A stretch of DNA of 64,000 bases, taken from IMG/VR virus record IMGVR_UViG_3300042731_007310, positions 1-64,000 of that record; one strand, 5' to 3'. Positions 8,432 through 17,150 of this stretch are shown here, in pieces (the first letter of the stretch is position 1; each line of letters starts with the position of its first letter). The position numbers and the translations under genes are program-made. The DNA comes from a virus. The notes under the pieces are model-generated. The model had not been told where the DNA came from and searched no databases. It was given only the letters and a program-made list of their open reading frames with translations.

Positions 8432-8655
8432 AGGGGATAATGACGATGATAACTATCAAAAAGTATATGAAGGGCAAGATATCAAAGGCCGTATACGAGA
8501 CTCAAAAACAGGTTCGGATACGCCATGCGAAACATGACGTAGTGTTTCGTGAGTGGTATCTTTCGACCGAAAGCAACGGTGATTTGACGCTTCACGTTCC
8601 ATATCGGATAGGGATCTGTGGTAGTAAGGTGTCTGAAGTCACCGTCAAGCTGTAA
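8428..8655 (+). CDS. hypothetical protein, 'WY..LHVPYRI' domain
   Basis: Paralog of 9995. Confidence 0.7.
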   Translation: MKGIMTMITIKKYMKGKISKAVYETQKQVRIRHAKHDVVFREWYLSTESNGDLTLHVPYRIGICGSKVSEVTVKL

Positions 8656-8725
8656 GCAAGTGTGTGACTGAAAACGTTTTTACCGCTTTGCCCAAAAGGA
8701 TGTCAAAACAGAAAGGACAATAACG

Positions 8726-8986
8726 ATGTGTGAAAAGAAAAAGATATACGTAAACTATTTTACTGAAGTGGAGTGCTGTGAAAGAGAGTACTTCGAACCA
8801 CTTCCGGACATCAGGTTGATGAAAGGTGATATCGTAGTTTCTCACAATGGTATCAAGATGGAAGTGTTATGGATAGAGTACGCTTCCGGTAGGACGATGA
8901 CTGCTCACCTTGGAATCCCGAAACACTTAGGTGTCAGTGAAAAAGAATTCGGCGAAATGGTGAGAGAGAAACGAAAAGGTAAATAG
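8726..8986 (+). CDS. hypothetical protein
   Basis: AAGGA RBS. Confidence 0.7.
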   Translation: MCEKKKIYVNYFTEVECCEREYFEPLPDIRLMKGDIVVSHNGIKMEVLWIEYASGRTMTAHLGIPKHLGVSEKEFGEMVREKRKGK

Positions 8987-9384
8987 TGAAAAGACAATAC
9001 ACCGTTCCTTCTTTGGTTAGACGATACACTGTTCAGTCAACGATTGATGACTTCAACTGTTCTTCGTCGATAATCATTTCCGGAATGATCCGTAGTGTTG
9101 CGATAGCTGAAGCGTGTTGCACTGGTGATGTGTGGATAATCTCTCGTGTATTCGTAACGAAGAAGTATCGTGATAGTGGGTTTGGAAGAATCGTCACTAA
9201 AGAAGTTCTATATCTAATAAGAGAGAAGGGAGTGAAAGAAGTTTTCATAACACCTGGTGGATATCCCGAATATCCTGTTAAGGTGAGAATAAGGTTCTAT
9301 GAGAATCTTGGTTTTGTGAAGACAAAAAGTAGAACCAAGAAATACATTTATGGTAGCTATGTCAAAACATTTGAAAGGGAGTAA
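8986..9384 (+). CDS. GNAT-family N-acetyltransferase
   Basis: SRVFVTKKYRDSGFG (motif A) and RFYENLGF (motif B). Confidence 0.8.
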   Translation: MKRQYTVPSLVRRYTVQSTIDDFNCSSSIIISGMIRSVAIAEACCTGDVWIISRVFVTKKYRDSGFGRIVTKEVLYLIREKGVKEVFITPGGYPEYPVKVRIRFYENLGFVKTKSRTKKYIYGSYVKTFERE

Positions 9385-9390
9385 TCGACA

Positions 9391-9990
9391 ATGAATAAAG
9401 ACTTAGTAGAAGAATTTGAACGTTGGAAAGAAAGTATGTGTGTTGAACCTGGTTGTCCAAACTTAGCGGCTAGTGGTTATATATATTGTGAAGAACACCT
9501 TCACGGTTTACCACAGAAACCGCCCCTTTGGGTGTTGGAAAAGCTTGGTTTTGCTTCAACTGACAAGGAAGATGTAAAAAAATCAATATCCAATATGAAC
9601 AAGGTCACAACAAAGTTTATAACAAAAGCAACGGAAGCCGAAATGTTGGAAATCCGCGAAGAACTTCTGTCCACTATCGTTGGTGTTGAAACAGAGTTAG
9701 GACGGGTTCGCGGAGAGAATGAGAGAAAAGAAGATGAACGGATGAGCGATGAAGATATCGATTTAGCAATCGAGAATATGGAAGTCGCGTTATCTAATAT
9801 CGATCTAAACAAATTGGATAATATTGAATTGCCAGAAATTGAAGAAGGAGAAGGTTGTCGTACGGATAGATGTTCTTCTATTTGTAATACTTGTGACTAT
9901 CGCCATAGTCCGGTCAAATGTTCTGTATGTACCGTTCCCTTACTTCTTCCGTACAGAATCGACAATCGTGAAAGGACTAAAGGTAAATAA
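9391..9990 (+). CDS. mosaic Zn-finger / coiled-coil protein
   Basis: CVEPGC..YCEEH; C-terminal Cys cluster and PYRIDNRE. Confidence 0.75.
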   Translation: MNKDLVEEFERWKESMCVEPGCPNLAASGYIYCEEHLHGLPQKPPLWVLEKLGFASTDKEDVKKSISNMNKVTTKFITKATEAEMLEIREELLSTIVGVETELGRVRGENERKEDERMSDEDIDLAIENMEVALSNIDLNKLDNIELPEIEEGEGCRTDRCSSICNTCDYRHSPVKCSVCTVPLLLPYRIDNRERTKGK

Positions 9991-9994
9991 AATC

Positions 9995-10186
9995 ATGCCA
10001 ATACAATACAATCAACAACTGATAGAACTAACAATAGCCGGAATCAAAGAATACGGTAGGAGTAAATATAAAGAACGTATCGTGTTCGGTGACTGGTATT
10101 TTACTACCATATGCAATGAAATAATACTTCATGTTCCATACAGAATCGATAATCGCGAAATCGGAGAATACACGGCTGAATTGTAA
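9995..10186 (+). CDS. hypothetical protein, 'WY..LHVPYRI' domain
   Basis: Start moved to ATG 9995. Confidence 0.7.
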   Translation: MPIQYNQQLIELTIAGIKEYGRSKYKERIVFGDWYFTTICNEIILHVPYRIDNREIGEYTAEL

Positions 10187-10482
10187 TGCCTATCCGTTGG
10201 AAGAAAATAGAGATTAGGGATTTCTTGGATCAACACTACCCTGGTGTTGATTTAGATCACAAACTTGTGAAAGATGTTTTATACTATTTTGATAATGAGA
10301 TATTGTCAGTATCGGTAGCAAAGAAGTCCTTCCGGATAGAAGAAGGGGAAAATATCACAGCGGAAAATTGTACTAGGGCTCTAGCTGCAATGTATGACGC
10401 TGGATTGATAAATGTAAAAGAGTACGTTGATACGGCTTACGAATGGAAAAAGGTTTTGAAACAAAAGGAGAAAGATAAATGA
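10186..10482 (+). CDS. hypothetical protein
   Basis: Translationally coupled ORF. Confidence 0.7.
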   Translation: MPIRWKKIEIRDFLDQHYPGVDLDHKLVKDVLYYFDNEILSVSVAKKSFRIEEGENITAENCTRALAAMYDAGLINVKEYVDTAYEWKKVLKQKEKDK

Positions 10483-11114
10483 ATAAAATAAAATTAGTAT
10501 CATTTCTAAATGAAGAAGAAAAGGCTGAAGCTAACAAAAGGAAGGTACATGCTATAAAGATGTATCGCGATCGTACGGGTGCCGATTTAATAACGGCAAA
10601 GGAAGAAGTGGAAAGGTATCTTTTCAATCCAAAATTGTATTTCAAACAATGCCGCGATTCTCAAGAAGGATCTGTATTCAATCAAAGTAAGTATGACGCA
10701 TATAGTCGTATATCGAAAGCGCGCGATATGAGCTTTTCAGGGGCGACAGAAGAGTATTTGGTAGCGTTAGCCAAACATCTGAAAAGTTGGCATACTGCTA
10801 CCATTTTGGAGCTTAGACGACTTCGGAAAGAGAAGGTAGTTGTCAACGGTGACGAAACATTGTCTAGTGGTCCGAATTTGCTTCAACACGCGCTGAACCA
10901 AAAGCGTCGATACACACATAGGGATCTTCAAAATCTAGCACGATGTGTAGAGAAATACATTCGTGAAAGATATTCGCATTCAGTGATCAAATTATTGAAT
11001 TTGGGTAAGTGGGAATGTGTGATGAGAGAAAGTGAAATCGTTTTTGTGTTACCATACAAGGTGAAAAATCCTGATGGTAGTAACGAAACATTAGAATACA
11101 AAATAACTCTCTAA
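10479..11114 (+). CDS. multidomain protein with ribosomal L7/L12 C-terminal-like domain
   Basis: KVHAIKMYRDRTGADLITAKEEVE. Confidence 0.7.
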   Translation: MNKIKLVSFLNEEEKAEANKRKVHAIKMYRDRTGADLITAKEEVERYLFNPKLYFKQCRDSQEGSVFNQSKYDAYSRISKARDMSFSGATEEYLVALAKHLKSWHTATILELRRLRKEKVVVNGDETLSSGPNLLQHALNQKRRYTHRDLQNLARCVEKYIRERYSHSVIKLLNLGKWECVMRESEIVFVLPYKVKNPDGSNETLEYKITL

Positions 11115-11171
11115 TCATCGTATTTCATCTTTTCTGTTATATATAGTAGTAACCCAAAAGGAGAAATAGAA

Positions 11172-11249
11172 ATGGTAGTAGTATGTTCAATCGTAACAAT
11201 CTTGTTAGGTGTATTGTCAACCTTTGTGGTATTGCGACTAACAAGGTAA
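11172..11249 (+). CDS. 25-aa single-TM peptide
   Basis: AAGGAG RBS; MVVVCSIVTILLGVLSTFVVLRLTR. Confidence 0.55.
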   Translation: MVVVCSIVTILLGVLSTFVVLRLTR

Positions 11250-11314
11250 TAATCGTTGATCGAAAAAACGTTTTCGCCCCTTTATAATGAAGGGGCAGAA
11301 AGTGAGACTATATA

Positions 11315-11728
11315 ATGAGTAATGAACCACGTTGGTTGTCAAAAGAAGAATTCGAAAATGAAACCAATACTAACGATCTCGAAAATGAATGTCTTGTGGA
11401 TATTATCGCTGGTGTATTTTGCCTGAATGAAAAATGGTTTTTCGTAGGAAGGGATTTTGAAGGCGTAAACGGACCATACGATAGTTATCTATCAGCTACC
11501 AAAAGTTGTTTGGATTATCTCGAAAATGATCCACACTGGATAACTGATGAAGAGATGGCGGATCTTATTATTGAGCACGAAAGCTTTTTGAGTTTATCCA
11601 CTAATTCAACAACTACAATTGGTGGTAAATGGTATTTCTATGATGAAACCGGTTCAGAATTATTTGGTCCTTACAAAACCAGGGAAGAAGCACAAGAAGC
11701 ACAGAAAAAATATTCAGATACATTATGA
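11315..11728 (+). CDS. protein with tandem-duplicated 'KW(Y/F)F..GPY' domains
   Basis: Two internal copies of the 8204 domain. Confidence 0.75.
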   Translation: MSNEPRWLSKEEFENETNTNDLENECLVDIIAGVFCLNEKWFFVGRDFEGVNGPYDSYLSATKSCLDYLENDPHWITDEEMADLIIEHESFLSLSTNSTTTIGGKWYFYDETGSELFGPYKTREEAQEAQKKYSDTL

Positions 11729-12045
11729 ATAATGGAGATTCATACAAAAGAAGGATGATATCAGAAAACGATTTTCAGTGCGGTTGTCATTGGATCAAGG
11801 ATCCTGTTTTTGGTGATGTATTGATTGAATGTCCAATACATCACCAAGCTACCGTTGCATCAGTAAGGAAACACGATAGTGAAGATGATTATACACTAAC
11901 TTGTCTAACTTATACTGGTAAAGAACAAATAGAAGGTGGAAGGGGAAAAGAAGATGTCAAGAAGAGAGAGAGTATATTACGTAGGTATCGGTGGATCGCC
12001 TATGGATACTTGGAAAGAGTATTATTGTTATTTCGACGCCGTTGA
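11725..12045 (+). CDS. hypothetical protein
   Basis: ATGA coupling; long 3' overlap with the next ORF. Confidence 0.5.
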   Translation: MNNGDSYKRRMISENDFQCGCHWIKDPVFGDVLIECPIHHQATVASVRKHDSEDDYTLTCLTYTGKEQIEGGRGKEDVKKRESILRRYRWIAYGYLERVLLLFRRR

Positions 12046-12205
12046 TGCGTGTTGGGAATTGGCGGAAGAAATGGCTGAAGAAAAAGGAATCCATCTAGAA
12101 AACTTATCACAATGGGGTTGTGACGATCCTTGTGTTGGTGCTGGTGTTTGTCCGGTTGGTGACAATGGCGGTTACTGGCCGAATGTTTTTATAAAATTCA
12201 AATGA
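11954..12205 (+). CDS. hypothetical protein
   Basis: AGGGG RBS before ATG 11954. Confidence 0.6.
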   Translation: MSRRERVYYVGIGGSPMDTWKEYYCYFDAVDACWELAEEMAEEKGIHLENLSQWGCDDPCVGAGVCPVGDNGGYWPNVFIKFK

Positions 12206-12396
12206 CGAAGTACAAGCTAGGTTTCAAGGAAAGCGTTGTTCGTCCATACCTGATGTATCGTGGTTGTGGACGAAAACGACTTCGGTACAATCACGAAGGT
12301 CAGGCTAGACGTGAAGCCTTCAAGCGCGGAATGAAAGCTTACAAGTGCGAATATTGCGGAAAGTGGCATCTTGCTAGTAAAAAGAATAAAAAGTAA
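12202..12396 (+). CDS. small phage Zn-finger protein
   Basis: CGRK..AYKCEYCGKWHLAS. Confidence 0.75.
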   Translation: MTKYKLGFKESVVRPYLMYRGCGRKRLRYNHEGQARREAFKRGMKAYKCEYCGKWHLASKKNKK

Positions 12397-12478
12397 ATGG
12401 AGTTTATTATAGTAGTATTCATTTTTTTGATCTTCGGTGTTCCACTATTCTTAGACATTGAAGACGGGAGTGATCAAG

Positions 12479-12700
12479 ATGAGTAAAAAGTTTCCTATGT
12501 GGATTCATAGGGTGAAAAATTGCAAAGAATGTCCTTTTTACAGAGAAGAAGAATACATGAGGTCATTGTGTTTTGTGTGTATTCATCCGGATGAAGAAGC
12601 AAGGCCAAAACTAAAATTAGCAACATTTGCACAATCCCGTGACAGGGATAAGGAATGTCCTTTGAATGACGGACCTATTACGATTGACAAAGATGAATAA
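12479..12700 (+). CDS. Cys-rich hypothetical protein
   Basis: NCKECPF..C..ECPL. Confidence 0.7.
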   Translation: MSKKFPMWIHRVKNCKECPFYREEEYMRSLCFVCIHPDEEARPKLKLATFAQSRDRDKECPLNDGPITIDKDE

Positions 12701-12911
12701 TTATACAAGAAGAGACGCGCGTATTCGTGTGATGCGTGCAAAAATGGGTTGTACAAAGAATGCTACTACAGAATACCTATTAGAGCTAAGAAAACAATTG
12801 CTTAGGTTTGTATATAGTATCGACAGAAATATTTTTTGTCGATCGTCATACATTGAAGTGGATGACGACGATATAGTGACCGAAGTGTATACAATCAAAA
12901 AGGAGAAATGA
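12693..12911 (+). CDS. 'DA..R..AT.EYL' domain protein
   Basis: Paralog of the 7893 N-terminal domain. Confidence 0.7.
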   Translation: MNNYTRRDARIRVMRAKMGCTKNATTEYLLELRKQLLRFVYSIDRNIFCRSSYIEVDDDDIVTEVYTIKKEK

Positions 12912-13126
12912 AAATGAAATGGTTATTACTTGGAACGGTGTTTACGTGTGGTTATCTTATCGGTGTAGAAGTCGGAAAGAAAATCTATGAACAACACATG
13001 CTTGAGAGATCAAAGGAGCTTTTGAATAATCTTCGTGTGGTTCCTATGGGAATGCCAAAGGACGGACCTTCACCTTTTGAAGAGATTTTGGGAAAGATCG
13101 CGAAGAAGGAAGAAGCTCCAAGTTAG
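12908..13126 (+). CDS. single-TM small protein
   Basis: Hydrophobic N-terminus; AGGAG RBS. Confidence 0.7.
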   Translation: MKMKWLLLGTVFTCGYLIGVEVGKKIYEQHMLERSKELLNNLRVVPMGMPKDGPSPFEEILGKIAKKEEAPS

Positions 13127-13172
13127 AGACTAACGTACTTCGAAAAACGTTTTATCAAGAAAGGCCTTAGTG

Positions 13173-13337
13173 ATGTTTGAAGTATTTTGTTTATTTATTG
13201 GTTTGGTTTTAGGGTATGGTATTGGTAAGTTCATTGAAGCCCGTAAAAACGCAATGGAAAAAAGACAGCTAATGCTTGAACTTGGTAATACGATTGATAA
13301 TGCGAAAGATAGGGCACGTAAGCGCTGGAATATGTGA
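13173..13337 (+). CDS. single-TM small protein, paralog of 7307
   Basis: Translated by hand: MFEVFCLFIGLVLGYGIGKFIEARK. Confidence 0.6.
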   Translation: MFEVFCLFIGLVLGYGIGKFIEARKNAMEKRQLMLELGNTIDNAKDRARKRWNM

Positions 13338-13443
13338 GTGTGTGAACTGTACATTCACTCACATAAATTTCTTTTTATTCATTCTATCCATATATCTTTG
13401 GTAATTAATAAATATGCATCAAACAAACAAAGGAGCAGATAAA

Positions 13444-13734
13444 ATGATATTGGTAGAATGTTGTGATTATGATGGTTGTGTAGCGCTAGAATGTTTCAGA
13501 ACGCTTATGGATGCGGAAATCGCTATCGAAGAAGTAGTAAGGTATATTCCGGATCATCCAGATTGTGTTTCATATAAGTGTGTTGAATTTTCAAAAGAAG
13601 GAAATCCTGTAGCTGAACACATTTATTGCAAGGATCTAGTAAACGGTGATTGGAAATGGGGTTCAAGGCCGTTGGTGAATGATGTGTATACCAAAAAATG
13701 GAAGAAGATCAGAAAGGAGTCTAAAGCCGCATGA
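13444..13734 (+). CDS. hypothetical protein
   Basis: AAGGAG RBS before ATG 13444. Confidence 0.7.
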   Translation: MILVECCDYDGCVALECFRTLMDAEIAIEEVVRYIPDHPDCVSYKCVEFSKEGNPVAEHIYCKDLVNGDWKWGSRPLVNDVYTKKWKKIRKESKAA

Positions 13735-13997
13735 AGTTAGAGAAGATTTCGTTTTCAATTAAATTTTATGATGCTTGGGTAGGTGCCTACTTAGACACAA
13801 AGAAGAAGCGATTATATTTGTGTCTTTTACCATTTTGCCTTCTCACGTTCCAATTCGTTGGTAGGTCTTGTATGGCCTTCCAAATCATTCGTTTATGGCG
13901 TGCTATTCGGTACCTATGTGGTAAACACTACTGGGTTCATCAACCTGGTAGAAGGAACCATCAATGGTGCGGACACTGTCTAAAACCAAAGGGGTAA
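13731..13997 (+). CDS. hypothetical phage protein
   Basis: FYDAWVGAY..LYLCLLP; AAGGAG RBS. Confidence 0.65.
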   Translation: MKLEKISFSIKFYDAWVGAYLDTKKKRLYLCLLPFCLLTFQFVGRSCMAFQIIRLWRAIRYLCGKHYWVHQPGRRNHQWCGHCLKPKG

Positions 13998-14206
13998 GAA
14001 AGATGTTTATTCCTGAAATATCGGAAACAATAATAAGCTTGTCGGTTGATCTAATCGAGTATTGTACGATCGGACTTGTTGTATTTTTTGTTGCTATAGT
14101 CATTGGTGCGATATCCAGTTCAGGTTAGAAAAACTTCTTTCGAATATGGTGTGTGTGTAACTGCTACTTATTTTCTTCAACCTTCATATTTTTTTATCTA
14201 AATACC

Positions 14207-14235
14207 TTGAAGGTTGAAGCGAAGTGGCGTATTCT
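14207..14235 (+). promoter_or_regulatory. sigma-70-type early promoter
   Basis: TTGAAG-gttgaagcgaagtggcg-TATTCT; leader nearly identical to that after 3787. Confidence 0.75.
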
Positions 14236-14271
14236 ATATTTATGGACGCAACGATAAAGGGAGAATCGACA

Positions 14272-14574
14272 ATGACGACAATCAAAACCGCATACCGAAA
14301 AGCTCATTCACTAGCAACCATGATCGAATCTTGGAAGGCTGGAAAAGCTCCAACTAAAGCTGAATTTCTAAGGGCTTCACGAGAACTATTGGCAGAAAAT
14401 GAGATTGCCGAAATAGTTCCGGGTAAATTTCTTTCGAATCTGCTAGATGTAGCAGAGTATGTTCACAACGAAGATCGTGAAGGATTCCGGAACTGGTTCT
14501 TCAACAATCTGACTTCTGATAGACTTGATGTTTCGCTAGCAAGCGAATACAGCCTACACGTTCTGTGTGGGTAG
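14272..14574 (+). CDS. early hypothetical protein
   Basis: GGGAG RBS; MTTIKTAY resembles MATIKEIY of 3828. Confidence 0.75.
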   Translation: MTTIKTAYRKAHSLATMIESWKAGKAPTKAEFLRASRELLAENEIAEIVPGKFLSNLLDVAEYVHNEDREGFRNWFFNNLTSDRLDVSLASEYSLHVLCG

Positions 14575-14606
14575 GACAAACAATAAAACAAAGGAGTAAC
14601 TAATCA

Positions 14607-14849
14607 ATGAAGCGTAAGGCAAATCCAAAACTGTACAACCGGACGTTCAAGGACGGTTGGAACAATGCAAGGGATCAATACCATTGTGGTAAAGACCTTT
14701 CAGAACTGAGATTGCAAAGTGGTGAACTCCGAAGTGGTGGTCCAAGGGAAAAGGGATACAAGGAAGGTTTTGTTTCATTTCTGGATACCACAGAAAGTTT
14801 AGACACACACGGTGCTCAATACGCCGTTTCACTAGGTCTAACATTGTAG
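14607..14849 (+). CDS. hypothetical protein
   Basis: AAGGAG RBS. Confidence 0.7.
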   Translation: MKRKANPKLYNRTFKDGWNNARDQYHCGKDLSELRLQSGELRSGGPREKGYKEGFVSFLDTTESLDTHGAQYAVSLGLTL

Positions 14850-14850
14850 G

Positions 14851-15126
14851 GTGGGGATTATGAAGAAGACAAAGAATTGTGTATCAATTGAACAATTAAT
14901 TGAACATCTCACAACGTCCAAAAAGCTAGGTAGAACACTTCCGGACTTAGCTAGACATTTCGGAACGACTAAAGACAGAATCAAGCGTACGCTAGCCAAG
15001 ATTCCAGGGGAATGGCGTTCCGTATCGGTTTCTGATGGAACGGTTGTTTATGCACTGAAGAAATATAAGAAACACCAGGTTAGACGGGTGTATCAGAAAT
15101 ACAGTGGTGTATCTATAAACACATAG
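14851..15126 (+). CDS. putative HTH DNA-binding protein
   Basis: TLPDLARHFGTTKDRIKRTL. Confidence 0.6.
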   Translation: MGIMKKTKNCVSIEQLIEHLTTSKKLGRTLPDLARHFGTTKDRIKRTLAKIPGEWRSVSVSDGTVVYALKKYKKHQVRRVYQKYSGVSINT

Positions 15127-15155
15127 TAACACACTCGCTTCAACTATAAACATTT

Positions 15156-15202
15156 TACCGTGTGAAGTAATCGGGTAACGGCTTCACGCGGTATTTGTTT
15201 TT
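15156..15202 (+). terminator. terminator hairpin
   Basis: TACCGTGTGAAGT...GCTTCACGCGGTA followed by TTTGTTTTT. Confidence 0.7.
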
Positions 15203-15234
15203 AATTAATTTTTTGATTTAGGAGAGAATTAGAT

Positions 15235-15456
15235 ATGGGATTTTTTGACAAAAAAACTATTTGTGAGATTTGCTTCAACGATAAATGTTCTGATAAGGGA
15301 AAGCGTAATTTGCATCGGGGTTATGATCCGAAAGCTTGCGCTAGTTTCAAGAAATCAAAAGAAGAAGTTGTTGAAGCAAAGAAAGTTGAATCTACAGAAT
15401 ACGATGATATGGATTATTCAACCCATCACGATCCTAATTATTGGGATGAATTATAA
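15235..15456 (+). CDS. hypothetical protein
   Basis: AGGAG RBS; Cys motif. Confidence 0.65.
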   Translation: MGFFDKKTICEICFNDKCSDKGKRNLHRGYDPKACASFKKSKEEVVEAKKVESTEYDDMDYSTHHDPNYWDEL

Positions 15457-15612
15457 TTCGTATATTTTACACGCTAAAAGTAACGGTTGTGGTATATCTA
15501 ATTGTGCATATGCACTAAACCGAGTATTACTTTCTGAATCAACAAGGAGACCATCCACCAACTACACACAACATAGAGACAAGTAGAATGTAAATAGTGA
15601 GAAAGTTATAGG

Positions 15613-15900
15613 GTGGGTGGTAGGGTAATCGAAAGGATGGATATAGCTATTAGTAAAATAAAGTCATTCGAATTAGGCGTTGCTTATCAGGGACATTATC
15701 CCGGTGTAAAGAAGCCAAGAGTAGCTGTATACGTTGTTGTGATGCGTGGAATGAACTATGAGGTTTTGGTTTCGCTTCCACACAAAGATGATTGGTTGTC
15801 GATATACCATTCCAAGTATGTAGGTGCCATTGTTGAATTCATGAATTCTATTTCTGGTGATACAATAGAAAAGGTGGTTCCGTATGTTTATAGTATTTGA
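15613..15900 (+). CDS. hypothetical protein
   Basis: ORF overlapping the tmk start. Confidence 0.6.
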   Translation: MGGRVIERMDIAISKIKSFELGVAYQGHYPGVKKPRVAVYVVVMRGMNYEVLVSLPHKDDWLSIYHSKYVGAIVEFMNSISGDTIEKVVPYVYSI

Positions 15901-16480
15901 GGGAATCGATGGTTCCGGAACAACTAGTCAGGTAAAACATGTTTCGAATATTTTGAGATCAAGGGGAAGGAAAGTTTACACTACAAGAGAGCCAAGTGAT
16001 AGACCGATAGGGAGATTTATCAGGGAAATTCTATGTGGAAATGTTCGTGTCAATATTGGTGATAAGACTATGGGATTACTCTTTACAGCGGATAGATCCG
16101 ATCACATAGAAGAAGAGATAAAACCAGCGATTAGAAATGGAAGTATTGTTTTATGTGATAGATACTATCATTCTTCTTTGGCGTATCAGAGTATGAAGCC
16201 AGATTCATATAAATATGTACATGTGATAAATGAAGGTATGTTGGTTCCTGATTTGACTGTAATATTAGATATTAGTGTAGAAGAGTCTATTAGAAGACGA
16301 ACAGAACGATCACATAGTGACTTCACAGAATCAGAAGAATTTCTTTCTCATTGCAGAAATGCATACAGGAAGATATTTATAGAAGAACCTTTTTCTGGAA
16401 GAGTTGAAATAATAAACGCCGATCAAAATATTGAAATTGTTACAGCAGAAATATTAGATGAAATAGAAAGCGTATTATAG
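15884..16480 (+). CDS. tmk: thymidylate (dTMP) kinase
   Basis: FIVFEGIDGSG, TREP, DRYYHSSLAYQ, PDLTVILD. Confidence 0.93.
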   Translation: MFIVFEGIDGSGTTSQVKHVSNILRSRGRKVYTTREPSDRPIGRFIREILCGNVRVNIGDKTMGLLFTADRSDHIEEEIKPAIRNGSIVLCDRYYHSSLAYQSMKPDSYKYVHVINEGMLVPDLTVILDISVEESIRRRTERSHSDFTESEEFLSHCRNAYRKIFIEEPFSGRVEIINADQNIEIVTAEILDEIESVL

Positions 16481-16488
16481 GTGGTGAT

Positions 16489-16905
16489 ATGGGTTGTATT
16501 CTTGACGCTTGTGAAGAACTAGAAGAAAGAGAGAGAGAACAGAGAGAAGAATTCAAACGAACCGGATTCAAGCCGGATTGTAGACGTTGTTATTCTCATG
16601 TTTATCTTTTAGATAAATCAATGAATCAGAAGTGTAGTTGGGATAGAAAGCCTGATAATTGTGGTCGTTATCAAGAATTATCTACCAAAGATATTTCAGA
16701 TCGTATGGAAGAGATATCTGAAAAGATAACCTCACTAAGAGAAAACCTTATGTTCTTAGAAGAAATGGAAAAAGAACATAAGGCCAAGGTTGCAGCCGCT
16801 TACTTCGGAATTTGTTACGACGAAGATAAAACTGAACCTGATGAAGATGACGATGAAGATTCTTTAGATGAAAATGATTTTCAGCTTCCAAAGAAAATGA
16901 GATAA
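16489..16905 (+). CDS. hypothetical protein (Cys motif, coiled coil, acidic tail)
   Basis: AGGTGG RBS. Confidence 0.7.
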   Translation: MGCILDACEELEEREREQREEFKRTGFKPDCRRCYSHVYLLDKSMNQKCSWDRKPDNCGRYQELSTKDISDRMEEISEKITSLRENLMFLEEMEKEHKAKVAAAYFGICYDEDKTEPDEDDDEDSLDENDFQLPKKMR

Positions 16906-17150
16906 CGTGTCTAAGTATGCTGTGTTTAGCAAGCCTAAGTTGGGCGGAAATAGAAGGATACATAGGCCTAGTGTTGTTTCTAATAGGATATCGAATGCTA
17001 TACGGGAATCAAGAAGGATTGTTGGATATTTCATTATCATAGAACTTTCTGATGTATTTAGTGATTCAAGAAAAGTACGTTTTTCAGGAAACCAACTTTT
17101 GTTTGAGTCGAAAATCGTTTTCACAAATTTTTTTAGAAAGGTTGGTAGTA

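Larger units (their letters stand above)
6037..8695. repeat. dispersed direct/inverted motif AG(G)(T/C)AAGTGTGTGACGGAA, about 11 copies
   Basis: Copies near 6037(-), 6073, 6099, 6166, 6806(-), 6857, 6876, 7246(-), 7265, 7789(-), 7808, 8654. Confidence 0.85.

Noticed and set aside
6037-8695. CRISPR array interpretation of the repeated motif
   Set aside because: Copies are short, degenerate, irregularly spaced and in both orientations; no cas genes.
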